Positions 47,180-59,198 of a stretch of 64,000 nucleotides of DNA are shown here, one piece after another (the first letter of the stretch is position 1; every line of letters starts with the position of its first letter). This DNA is from Amphiscolops sp. MND2022. Its lineage: Eukaryota. The stretch is taken from assembly GCA_964187785.1 (NCBI GenBank), contig OZ076409.1:4466001-4530000 (forward strand). The letters are read 5' to 3'. The translations under genes and the position numbers were made by a program. The notes below the pieces were generated by a model. That model did no database searches. It was given only the letters and a program-made list of their open reading frames with translations, and was not told where the DNA came from.

Positions 47180-47342
47180 GACAGTAACCTCAAACCGGTG
47201 GCCCAGTTCCGCCGCACTTTCGGCACAGAAGCGTCCCCGAGACTGACCACCAAAGCCAACTCGGACCTGGTCGACCGCTGGCTCACGAGTCAGATGGCCA
47301 AAAACGTCGCCATCGGACCCGCCTATCAGCCAAACACTCAGG
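47180..47342 (+). CDS. par-3: Par-3 exon 6
   Basis: ttcacag|DSNLKPVAQFRRTFG...DLVDRWLTSQ...TQ|gttcgt; resembles the Par-3 QF.R...V..WL..Q segment before PDZ1. Confidence 0.85.
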
Positions 47343-47726
47343 GTTCGTTGCAATTCATGGTTTAGTATCATTTCACCCCACCTTTAAATTATCAAATGCG
47401 TCTCAGGTTAATGACTATTGCCACCCAATTTCAATCTTAGCGCTAATAGAAAAGCGTCTTGAATCTAATTACCAATTAGATAAACAAACGATGCTTGCAA
47501 TGTGAACCACAAAATCGGAACAAAAAAGTTTCACTTATGGGAACTGTTATGCTTCTGAACAAAGCGTTGAAAATTTTTATCAATCGAAATCTTCAAGTAT
47601 GGATGCTGCTATAATTACAATTTCGTGTGAAATGAAATTTGGGGTGAAATGATTTTGGGCTGAAATGAACGCACACCCAATTCATCTCATCACGTCACAT
47701 CCAATCTGTCATTCAAATGGCGTCAC

Positions 47727-48130
47727 GGCTCTTTTCTGTTCCCCCCCCACCACCATTTTTTTTGGAAAATTAGTGAAAATATTATAACAAATAGATTTGA
47801 ATACAAACCAGAAAGCTTCAGTTTTAAACTTATTCTCAAGGTGATAGTTAAAGATTCAGATACAAACTTTGTTCACACTTTTTCCTTAAGTAGTCACGCA
47901 TTTTTGATGAAGAAATCAACAGCTTTCTGTTTTGAGTCATCATTAAACGCTTAATACGAACATAATTATAGTCAAAATGCGTGAACAATGTTTTGTTCAA
48001 GCGGAAAACTACTCTAATAGAAGTTAACTTCCCGTTATGAAAGAATGTTTTACTTTTAATTAGGATAGTCTAAAAATTTTAAGGAAAGTTATTTTCAAAA
48101 ATTTTGGTGGTGGGGGGGGAACAGAAAACC
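47727..48130. mobile_element. GG...CC MITE with 8-bp TSD
   Basis: ggcgtcac at 47719-47726 and 48131-48138; TIR ggctcttttctgttccccc / gggggaacagaaaacc. Confidence 0.8.
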
Positions 48131-48746
48131 GGCGTCACACCTAGTACCAATATTCTTTGATCGTACATTTGTTTCGCTCATGGGAATTAGCGTTCGCTTA
48201 ACCCTCTCATTGGCTAAAATATTTCGCCGAAAATTGAAATAACTCGTGAGCAGACGTTGAATGTATGGACGTTGGAATTGTTGGCGGTTTGATGGTGGTT
48301 CAAATCAATACCAACCATTAAGTTGCCCTAAAATACAAAAACTTTTCAGAATACCGTCAATAGATTTAAATGACCAGTTTTGACTCATTTAGCTCATAGA
48401 AAAGTCAAATTTAATCGCCAAAAATATCATTGTTTGGTTACTATTTGCTCTAAGGTATTTCAGTTTAATCCCATATAGTCGATGGAAACGAAAAGTCAGG
48501 AATATAGTATCACGTTCAAGTGATGCTAACAGACTCAATAAAATCAATTTAAACTTGGGTGTTTTTTGCCTGCAGTGTCAAAACAGTTGTAGAGACAATC
48601 CTCTAAGTATATACATTCATATAATATTATCTTATTAGTGGAATATTTTTCCTCGAGTATAAACTGTTCCGGGGGAGGATTCAAATCAAGATGTTCCGGG
48701 GGGGGGGTGTAAAGAACATGGTCTTAAACTTGATTTCCCGTTTTAG

Positions 48747-48954
48747 ATTTCCCAGCGAACGAATCGGATGGTAACTCAATGCTCCCCTTCTCCACAACAC
48801 CCAATGAGGAAGAACCTTTGACTGACCCAGGGGGAGGAGGGACCGCCCAGCCGAGTAGTATGTACAGAGTGGTCAACATCGTGAACGACAACGAACTTCT
48901 CGGAATTCAAGTCGTGGCGCAATACGAGAAAAGCAAGCAGCCTGTCGCCTCTGC
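48747..48954 (+). CDS. par-3: Par-3 exon 7 (start of PDZ1)
   Basis: ttttag|(D)FPANESDG...YRVVNIVNDNELLGIQVVAQY...VAS|gtgcgt; ND..LGI.VV of PDZ1. Confidence 0.88.
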
Positions 48955-50354
48955 GTGCGTATTTTTTGCATTCAAATTCACCTTCTTCGATTAGTGAGAA
49001 ATCTTGTGTGATACCATTAAATTAACCCTAATTGACCTGAGCGTTTTTACAAATTTCAATAAAATCTGATTGAAAGTTTTAAATCATTAATATCCACAAC
49101 TACGCATACCAGAGAAGTGACTATATCGTGTTTGAAAGACCTGGTACTAGGTTTTCATTAAGTGAGCCCCTGTCGCCGCGCGCGCCCCATTCTTCAGATA
49201 GGGGGGGGGGTATTTATTACATTGATTAACAGTTGAAAGCTGCTCATTTCATCTCATGGCGGAGAAAATTGGGGTCCAAATAGGGACCTCTCTATACTAT
49301 TTTATCTCGTTCCAGACGTGAATTTTTGCTATTTTCGACAATAAAATCAGGAAAATCAGGGTTTTTTGCTGTAAAAACAGTTGTAGAGACAATCCTCCAA
49401 GTATTCACAACCATATTTAATGTTACTGTTAGTAAAATATTTTTCTTCAATAATAAAATGTGCTTCCGTTTTTTTGGGAGGGGGATTGGGTTGGTTATCA
49501 AGGTGTACCTGGAGGGATGGGGATAAGAAAAATAGTCCTATTATGGTTATAACTAAGATTAATAACTCCACAGTCTAAGGGACTGTATGTCGACGCGCCT
49601 TCAACCAGACATGGAATTTTCGATTAGCGTCGTTGTCCACGAGGGAGAGCTGTCATGAACTCACAATCCTTTGGGTGCAACTAATCCTAGAATCAGCCCC
49701 TTTTTTCTTTTCTTTGGTCGACTAAGATTGATCTTATCTTTTTATTTCATGTAATATGGGGACCGTGAGTGGAATGTGTTGGTCTGCAACGGTAATGACC
49801 CACTGTTGAAAGGGGCAATTTTATTACTGAATGATGAGACAGTGACGATTCGCTGCAAGCTGCATAGCCGCCTTGCAGTGTCAGTAATGGTCCCCGTATA
49901 TATAAATACTGAAAACATCAGCAAGCTGAGGACAGATTTACAAAGCAAAGCACAAATTTTATTGAAATGGTAAAAAAAATTGACGGTCAGGATATGCACC
50001 CACTTGGGATTGTCATAATTCACGACAGCCTTCCCTCCTATACTGTTGCCGCAATGGAAGACTCAACATGGTCCATTAGACGCTTAAGAGCGCGACATCC
50101 TCTCAGGCATGAAACCGAGCTAAGATGTCAAGCCTTCTCCGCAACTTTTTGTAATCACCAGGGGCGGTTTTAGGATTTTCTCAACGGGTGAGTGCACCAG
50201 TTGAATATTTGCAACTAGCAAAACCGGTTCATGTTACTCGGTGATATCAGTTCATCCCATACATCTCTCCGAAGGGGCAGGCGGCCGCCCATCCTAAAAC
50301 CCACTTAAGACCGCCCCTGCCTCGGACGTCAGATTAATTCAACTTGTTCTTCAG

Positions 50355-50531
50355 GGAGAACGCGTCGCTGGTGGCGGAGGGCGAGGTGACGGCAGTGAAG
50401 AGCATCGCAGTGGGGCTGCTTGTCAGACACGTGAACGAGGGCGGCAAGGCCCACTCCCAGGCCCTGCTCTTCCCCGGCGACCTCATCACAGAGATCAACG
50501 GCCGCTCCCTCTACGCAATGACCTTCGACAG
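50355..50531 (+). CDS. par-3: Par-3 exon 8 (PDZ1)
   Basis: ttcag|...GLLVRHVNEGGKAHSQALLFPGDLITEINGRSLYAMTFD|gtgggt. Confidence 0.92.
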
Positions 50532-50595
50532 GTGGGTCACCTCACCCCTTGACCTCTTGACCTAAAAAACACTAGTTCCTACTTAAAATAGTATA

Positions 50596-51049
50596 AACAA
50601 GCCGAGACCGGCCCAAGTCGGCGCCATATCTAAGGCTCAAAAATAGCAAAAGGACTTCAAAATGTCAAGGTATTGGTGAATTGGGGACCCTTTTATGAAA
50701 AAAAAATTGAAAGTCTCACAATGCCGAAAAAACGTTGGAGATCCCTTTTGGGATTTTCAACATCCATTCTGTCGCAAAACTTCGAAAAAATTGAAGGGGG
50801 TAAATTTTTCTTTCGGAAAAAAGTGTCCCACAGTGCCGAAAAAGTCAAAGTGGGACCCTTTAGTCTCGCCAGGTATTGTATGTTACGCGGAAAAAAAGGA
50901 AAAACCTTTTTGATTCTGTTCGCCAAATGGTTGTTTGACACCATAAAATTTTGTAGAACTATTTTGGTCACTTCGGGTGTATCGGAAAAAACACTGACGA
51001 AAAGCCATGACTATAGTCGGCTCTTTTCAAGGAAAGCGCCGACTAAAAA
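50596..51049 (-). mobile_element. DINE-1/HINE-like family, full-length copy
   Basis: aacaagccgagaccggcccaagtcggcgcc ... tagtcggctcttttcaaggaaagcgccgactaaaaa. Confidence 0.65.
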
Positions 51050-52495
51050 GACATTTCTATTTCAAGAGGTAGTGTATACAATATCAGTGAATTAAAACGT
51101 AATTTTAGGGTAAAAGGGGGTGATTATGGGGACGTATTATGTAAAACGGTAGACACTCCAACATTTTGTTCCATATTCTGGTCGTTCTCCTCATCTTTGG
51201 CACCAATCAGTTTTGACTGCTAATTAGCGATTTAGCGACCGTGTAGAATTTTCAAGCGGTTTTCTGAGCGATTCGAATTAGCGGCCACTAATGGATTGTC
51301 AAAATTCAAAAGTTCCAAGTATAGACGGAGTTTCAAAATGAATTTCGAAAAATTTCTACTCTTATTCTCGTAAAACCCACTCAGTATGAAACATGCAGCT
51401 TCCTAAATTTTACTGGAATCATCTACAATGGGCAATATGCACTTTGAACAAGGCCAGATTCTTGTCGTGAAAGTTTGGTAGCCGCTGCTTTCTCATAGTT
51501 GAACTTCTAGTGGTAACTGCTGAACAAACAATGAATAGTTGAACTTCCACCAACCTTAGTGTTAAAGTAGTACATGAGACTAACTAATATCCGAATCCTT
51601 TTGGGAATGTAGCTTAGAGATTTCTCTAGAACCGTTATTGGTGATATTTTAAATGCTTCAAACTTTCTCAACGCCGTTTCATGAATGTGGTTCTTGAGAA
51701 TCCCAGTTTGGTGACTTGACTAACATGGGTACATTTTGACTGAAAGATCATTTTCTGCTCGGAGAACGTACAAACAAGTTGTTCTCAAACTTACCTTAAT
51801 GCGTGTGTTGATTGAACTGACGCAATAAAACGAATCTGCTATCAGATATAACACAACAGGTTGAAATGAACTTTTTTTTAAAAAAATGGATTAAAGTAGT
51901 CTGTCTATCTTGCAATTTAATTCGTAATAACGGTAAATTGGTCAAAAATGCCTACTTAATTCAGATGTTATTCAAAAAAGACACAAAATGGGTCCAGAAA
52001 ATCTTGAACGAATTTTTGGTCGAAATAACACATCGCATTTTTTGTAAGAATTTCTTAAAAATAGATACAGATTTTGCAAAAATGTTATCAGACTCTTCTA
52101 AGAAATGTTCAACGCTGTAACAAACTTGCAAAATTTGCGATTTTTGTACAAACTCGTAAGATTCTTGTAAGAAATGCATAATTGGTAAGAATTTAGGACG
52201 AATTTTGCAAAATTTGTGATTCTGAAAAACTAGGGTTGTCTAACATTTTTTATATTTAGCACAAATTTTCAAGTCGAGAAACCACAATGAAATTTATCAA
52301 AATGAAGAGAGTTTTGAAACTCAGCGGAACTGAAATTAATGAGCAAAATGTTTTGAAATTATGCTCCAAAGTTGTTTTACATGTTGTCGTTATCGAGTTT
52401 CCCACTTTCATTCTTCTTTGATTCCTACTACAAAGTTCAATCCGCATTTTAATACAATTACATAACTCTGTGCCCTGACGTGTGTAATTTACGAC

Positions 52496-52858
52496 GGTGC
52501 TAGGTCAATTGGCCGACGTCGCTATTGACCGACTGTGCAATTGGGCGACTAAATAATTTCAGAACAAATTTTTTAGATCTGAAATGGAAGTTATAAATTT
52601 TAATGAATGAATTTAGGTTTCCATACAGATCAGGAAATGGAGCTGATCTTGATTCAAAATCATTTCATTTTTTTGCATCCTTTTAAATGGGAAATAGTAA
52701 CCGTGTCACAAACAATTTTTTGATGCACTGTTGATTCGATGGGAGTTTTAGTTAGATAACAAAATTGAGAATATTTTCACTGATATCCAATCATGTTCAA
52801 TCGGTTCGGCGAACTGCACAGTCGGCCAATAGCACCGTCGGCCAACTGACTTAGCACC
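52496..52858. mobile_element. TIR MITE (partial sibling starting at ~39392)
   Basis: TIR ggtgctaggtcaattggccgacg / cgtcggccaactgacttagcacc; flanking direct repeat gtaatttacgac. Confidence 0.75.
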
Positions 52859-52973
52859 GTAATTTACGACGTATGGTTGGACCTTATTGGGACTTGACAA
52901 GGAATTCAACAGCTGCCACAGTGTGTGAAATGAGTAGGAAGAGTTACAGAAACGAAGTGACCGTGTATTTAAG

Positions 52974-53197
52974 GGCTCAGGACGTGTTCAAAGAAGCCCT
53001 GAAGACGCCCTCACTTTCTCTGAGGGTAGTCAATGCGTCTATCGGGGCATTCGGGGGCGGGGGAGGGGGCAACAGTGCAATGAAGGCTCAAGGTCCTCCT
53101 TCCAAGACAACAACAAGCGGGTTCCCCCATGTGACACCCAGTGACACCTCATCCATCACGTCATCATTCTGCTCGCCAACCTCAGTTACTCACAATG
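52974..53197 (+). CDS. par-3: Par-3 exon 9 (end of PDZ1 and linker)
   Basis: tttaag|(R)AQDVFKEALKTPSLSLRVV...THN|gttagc; matches AQ..F..A..TP....VV. Confidence 0.9.
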
Positions 53198-54661
53198 GTT
53201 AGCAGTGAATTAGGTTTTACCAAAAAAAACGCGGCGCTTATCGCTTGTTGCGCTCATTATGACTGGCCTGCTTACGCGGTGCTTTTTGAAGGAAAAGTTT
53301 GGCTCAGCGAATTTAAGTTTTCAAAAGCTGCAATTTCTTCACATTTTGAACTTTTGGAAATTTCGATTTACAGCTCTCTTTTGTCAACAAACTACCATCA
53401 TAAGAGACAAATCTTTCAACTGTACTGGTGTTGGGTGAAATGCCCGGTACAAAAAACTCAAGTGCTGGAAATTCTCACGGTAAAAGTTGGGCACTTTTGT
53501 TACCAAAATAGCTGAAGCTTCCTACCAATCAGATAGGTGCAACTTTCAGTCGGCGCTTTCGATTCTTTTGCGCTTTCGCTTACAAGCTGCCTAATTCACC
53601 GAAGTTCAGTTTTAGTCTAGCAGCTCTTTTGTATGAATGAAATTACCAGTATTTCATTGATTATTTTTTTGTCAGATGACTCAACACCCAACAACGCCTG
53701 AATAGTCATATTTTTGCAGAGACTTTCTTCTCAATTCATCGATGACAGTGGAACACGTATGCGACCGAAAAAATAATAATAATTTAATTCATTTTGTCAT
53801 TCTTATTACAAATACAGTATATAAATAAACATAAATTTATGACCAAAAGAGCGCACTTCTAAGGGCGCACAAGCCCGCTTGAAGAAAGCCTATCCTGAAC
53901 AACTTGCAAGCTCAAATTTTCACCAGCAAAAACAATTTGAATTTGAATGAGGCGTTGAAGAAAAAATCTCCATGAAAAAAATATGGTGATGAAAGCAGTT
54001 ATAGCCATTATTTAGCAGTTTTCTCATTTTTTGCTTCAACACAATGCCGGAGTTTTCCACTGTTCAATGATCTTTTTCTGCTTTTTTCAGTTTTCTGACA
54101 CTCAACCAAGGTTTTTGTGCAAAGTATTTTGATAGGAACATTTTCATGGAACCGCTTTTGACATTTTGCTTCCTTTGATGAAAAATGATGGTGCAAAAGT
54201 GACAATGAATGGACAAGTGTCTGTTTTGACGATTTTCAAAGGCATCTTTTTCAAATTAACCACTTCACAATGATTTGAGTCGATACAATTTACTAGTTTT
54301 ATTTTTAGGAATATCAGTTGAATTGTAGCGATGTATGTCACTTTGAGAGTACCTCAAGTAAAGATTTCCACGCTGATTTCTTTAAGTCACCCCCAATAAC
54401 CCCCGATAAAGTCTAGTTCAAATCATATCATATGTACATTTAGTGGAAAGAGTCAGTTTTGTTGGAAAATTGGAAAATTTTGGATAAGCCTCATTTTAGT
54501 CAACTGTCTTCTATCGAGAAAATAGGTCCATCGGTTCTGTGAAAAAGCATTTTGTTTACAAGTTTTTGAAATTTTGTCCATTATGCAGTCTTTTTCATTT
54601 CAGAAGGTAATCTCGATTTAAACAGTTTCAAATTTATGCATTGTCAGTGTTCTATTGTGCG

Positions 54662-55191
54662 TTTTTAGTCGGCGCATTTTAGTAGAAAATGTGCCCGACT
54701 ATTACAGTGGGTAGTCTTTTTTTAGACACGAAAGGTCCACTTTTTTGTTAATTTGTTCAACAACCTCAAACTTCAACAACTTCAAACCTCAACAACAACC
54801 TCAGAAGCGCGTCCAAAACGAAAAGAAAAAACAAAACAGACGTCCACAACCTCGAAAACACACCTTAGCCCCACTTTTTTCAGCACTTTTTTTGAAGTTT
54901 TTTGGATTGCACCAGAGGGTCCCCCCTTCATTTGTTTCGATATTTTGCAACACAATGGATGTCAAAAAATCGCAAAGGGTCCCCCTTTTACATTTTTCGG
55001 CACTGTGACACTGTTCAAAAATCTCATTGAAAAAAATTTTTTGAAATTTTTTCATGTCTCCAAAGGGTCCCCCCTTCAATTTTTTTTCAAAATTTTTGCA
55101 ACCAGCTGGAGTTTCACAAAGCCCGAAGGGTCCCCCTTTTAAATTTTGAGCCTTAGATATGGCGCCGACTTTGGCCGTTCTCGGCTTGTTT
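54662..55191 (+). mobile_element. DINE-1/HINE-like family, full-length copy
   Basis: tttttagtcggcgcattttagtagaaaatgtgcccgacta ... ggcgccgactttggccgttctcggcttgtt. Confidence 0.65.
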
Positions 55192-55220
55192 GTTATTTTT
55201 ATAATTTTTTTGTATTATAG

Positions 55221-55358
55221 CTACCAATTTGGACGCACCTCAACTCACCAACAGACCCTTCTCACCCCCGGTCAATGGGTCAGCCACTCTCCCCAATCGG
55301 AGGAGATCAGCTGGTGCTCAGAACACGCCCTACATTGCCCCTTCTGCGGGTCCCACAG
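55221..55358 (+). CDS. par-3: Par-3 exon 10 (linker)
   Basis: ttatag|(A)TNLDAPQLTNRPFSPPVNGSATLPNRRRSAG...GPT|gtagta; phase 1/1. Confidence 0.75.
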
Positions 55359-55490
55359 GTAGTAGAGCTAGCTAGCTACATTGTTTACATTGCTGAAAAA
55401 GGTCGAGAGTTTATTATTTTCCGCCCTCGCAAATTTATTTGTGTCGAGGGAGGAAAATCACCATCGGTGTTGCGTTTTTTCCCTCCAAAT

Positions 55491-55881
55491 TAGAGGTGTA
55501 CCGGACAACATGTCCGGTCCGGTATCCGGCCGGATTTCAGGAAAATGTCCTGACTTTTTACAACGTCCGGCCGGATCTTATCTTATTCCGATTAATTAAG
55601 ATTATTATTATATCTAATTTAGAGAAAGTGTATGTGCATCGAAAAATTGAATTTGTCACTGTGAATCAAGATTCATTAAATTATGGCAGAGCGAAAAGTT
55701 TTTCACTGCTTTGTGGTAAAAGCCTGCTTCGTGTTTTTTGTAATCTTCATTGCCCAATTCTGAAAACAGCCCTTCATCGCTTACAATTGAGGATAATGTC
55801 CGGTCCAGCCGGTATCCGGCTTCAACCAGTCCTGTCCGGTTGTCCGGCCGGACGGAAATTTTCCTGTCCAGTGCACCTCTA
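55491..55881. mobile_element. hAT-type MITE with 8-bp TSD (partial sibling ~57565-57690)
   Basis: TIR tagaggtgtac / gtgcacctcta; ctccaaat on both sides. Confidence 0.8.
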
Positions 55882-56610
55882 CTCCAAATTCTGCCAAAAA
55901 TGGCGCCTGCCAGTCAGCAGGTCGTTAGTTGCTGGAGCCTGAATTTTTTCCTGCTTTCCCAGACAGTACGTCGCCTTTACAATACTCTTTCTGCAATACG
56001 AGTAGAGTGGACAAAGTCCCGGCGCTTAGCGGGTGTCTTGCTAAACGTTAATTGTGTCATTCCTCATTTTTGGTGGCATTTCTGAACAGTTCGTGTTTCG
56101 TTATTTTGCAGAAACTCTTGAACTGTTTTGACTAAAAAAGTGAACGGACGAAAACTGCTAAAATTTTCGCTATGTTGTCTATATTCAGATCCTAAAGCAT
56201 GAAGTTTTTGCTGAATGATAATTTTCCGCCCGTATTCCATATGGGAAAGGAAAATATTCAACTCAGCCTCGTTTTTACCAAAATTTGCCATTTGCCAAAT
56301 TTATACCTTAATTGAAAGGTTCACCCATAGACTTTAACTGATATAAACTTAGTTTGTTGCAATATGTAATTGGAAGAGATTTTTGGACTTTCCTGGAATG
56401 ACCCAAAATATTCGTTGTTGAACCTTTTTAACATTCCAACCCCAAAAATACGATTTTCAACATTTTAATGCTATTTTGTACAATTTTCGGGGTTGGAACG
56501 TTAAAAATGTTCAACAACGAATAAACCCGTTGTCCAGTAGACTTCTTTGAAGAGATAAAATCAGTTTCTTGTTCATCTATAAAATAATTGTCGTGCCACT
56601 GTGCTCGCAG

Positions 56611-56781
56611 GGCAGCATGTGGGTGGTGGGAACAGCGACCCAGTGTCCTCTGGTCACGTGACTACTACCCCTGGACCCAGTAGTGGCGACAAGACATTCC
56701 ACTTCGAGAGTCCACTCTCTCTGATGAACAGAGCCAACACGAAGAAGATCGGACGCAAAATTAGAGTGCAATTACTAAAGG
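56611..56781 (+). CDS. par-3: Par-3 exon 11 (start of PDZ2)
   Basis: tcgcag|...NTKKIGRKIRVQLLK|gtgaga; NTKKIG is the conserved Par-3 PDZ2 lead-in. Confidence 0.93.
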
Positions 56782-57905
56782 GTGAGATGAGTTACCTTGG
56801 AATGCAATAATGCTAAAAAATAAAGTAGTGATATTATTAAAAGCAACATAGCACGCGGAAAGAGAGCAAATAAATAAATCTCATTGGCTAATTCAGGCCT
56901 CACGTGCTCATTTCATTGGTGTAGAGCTATTTCCAAAACTTTTGTAATCTCACTCGTCGAGAAAATAAATATTATAATTGAAAGATTGCGTTATGTTGAG
57001 GTTTGATAAAAAGGGGAATTATGTTCGATGCGAAATTATAGGGTTTCAAATGATTTTAACTAAATGATAAAGCTGATAAAGGTTGTTGAAGAAAAAGGAG
57101 GTTTGTAATCTTACTCTATTCGAGGAACCTTCTATCCAAATCCTTGTGGCAGTTGTTGCCAAAGAAGAAAAATTAGGTGGATCTTACTTTAGAAAACTTG
57201 AAATTCTTTGTAGATTCCTTTCTGGAGTCGTTGAATTGTTGAAGATAAAAGAGTAGACGTCAATTGTTATTATGGAGAGTGAAAAGTTTCATTCAAGAGA
57301 AATTAAATCTGGAGTCTTTGATTTGGCTTGAGAAACAATGAGTCAGCTTTTGATTACTCATAATTGTGAGTCAATTTAAGTTGGAGCTCACGACAAAAAC
57401 ATCATCTTTTAGTTTTTCGAACTTTGACTCACTCACACTTTTTTGATTTCGAAATTTTGACGAAAATTCTCCCGAACATTTCGAATCTGACTTCAGATGC
57501 TTGTTTATTGAGATAATAGAGTTTTTCCACTATTTTTGAGCAAACGTTTACTTTTCGTCATACTCATTGCCCAATTGTGAAAACAGTCTTATAAATTGAG
57601 AATAATGTCCGGTCCGACCGGTATCCGGCTTCAATCAGTCCTGTCCGGTTGTCCGGCCGGACGGAAACTTTTATGTCCGGTGCACCTCTGCCACGTTACC
57701 GCCATTCTTGTTCTTGAAATACACACCGTATTTCTTCGAATACAGGCCGCGGCTTGTAAGATTTTTCCGTAGTGATTTCGCGGCCTATGTCAGAAAAAAT
57801 ATCGTAAGCTATGGCTTTTTAAGATGAAAGTTTCAGGCTTAATGCGGCTTCTAATCGGGGGCGACTTCTATTCGAAGAAATACATAGTTGCTCATTTGAA
57901 AACAA

Positions 57906-58378
57906 GAACAAGACGAGAACGCTTCAAGTCGGCGCTATATCTTAGGCTCAAAAAGCGCAAAACATTTTTTTTTGGAAAAAAACTTGAAATTTTCGAAAAA
58001 AAAATTTCTTTCGGAAAATGTCGCACAGTGCCGAAAAATGTAAAAGGGGGGACCCTTTTTGATTTATAAACACGCATTCTGTAGCAAAATAACAAAAAAC
58101 TCAAAGGGGGGACCCTTTGGGGACATTAAAAAAATTCGAAAAAAAATCTCACAGCGCCGAAAAAAAATCGAAAGGGGGGGGGGGTACGAAACTTTAGTCC
58201 CGTCCGGGCTTGTATGTAACGTTGAAAAAGTAAATGAATGCGCTCCCCGTTTGCCTTTAGCGGTCCAGTAGTTTAGTACTTATTTAGTAGTTGAACGTTA
58301 ATTTTAACGTTCGTCGCTTCGAGTCTGTCTTAAATGAAAAAAAACGAGTGACTGTAATAGTCGGGCTCTTTTCTTAAG
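57906..58378 (-). mobile_element. DINE-1/HINE-like family copy
   Basis: Nearly the same sequence as 7126-7607, truncated at the subTIR end. Confidence 0.65.
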
Positions 58379-58404
58379 ATGATGAAAGTCTTTTTGAATT
58401 GAAG

Positions 58405-58518
58405 GTGCCGACGGTCTGGGCTTCAGCTTGACTGCACGTGACAACTCGGGTCCCCTTAATGCTTCGTCTCCTGTGTACATCAAGAAGATCCTCAAGAAAG
58501 GAGCCGCCATCGAAGACG
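58405..58518 (+). CDS. par-3: Par-3 exon 12 (PDZ2)
   Basis: gaag|(G)ADGLGFSLTARDNSGPLNASSPVYIKKILKKGAAIED|gtacgt; GLGF motif. Confidence 0.95.
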
Positions 58519-58692
58519 GTACGTGTGAAAGTCTTGTAAACTAATCGTGTTAAATATTAGTAAACAATACGCCATTTAGCTATAATACCAGCAAAAGTGA
58601 AACCGTGGGAAAATATCATTCACACTCAGTCCGTAAGTTGTTAACATTCTGCCAATTCAAGTATTATTGCCATTACTGTTTCTGTTGCCAAT

Positions 58693-59198
58693 CAGAGATG
58701 TTGCGGGGATTTTCACGGAATTATGCGATTCGGAATGCGGAATTTTTATTGAAATTATGCGCTAAAAATCGTACAAAAATGTGAAATATGCGCTAATCAG
58801 AGGAATTATGCGGGGAAAAATGTGTTTGTCAAAACTGAAATTCAACTCAATCTGCAGAATAATAGGCTTTTTCGGCAAAAACGTTTTGGAACATTTTTAC
58901 GCGTGTTTGGGCATCCACAGATGAAGAATGATCTCTTTTTCGTTTCTTTGTTTTCTCCAGTTAAAGAAACACCCGATTGTAACCTCTTACATGGCTGGGC
59001 ATAATTAATTCCTAATAAGAATTACCAGAATCATTCATTTTTGAATAATAGCTTATATTTTGATTTACATTTCTCAGAAATACGCGGCAACACTTGGCAA
59101 TATAACGCAATTATGCGGCAATTTGTGCGCGACGAGAATTACGCCAGATAATGCGGAATTGTGCGGGATTATGCGCCGCATAATTGTAACATCTCTGA
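58693..59198. mobile_element. hAT-type MITE
   Basis: cagagatgtt / aacatctctg ends; ttgccaat on both sides; subterminal attatgcg repeats. Confidence 0.65.
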
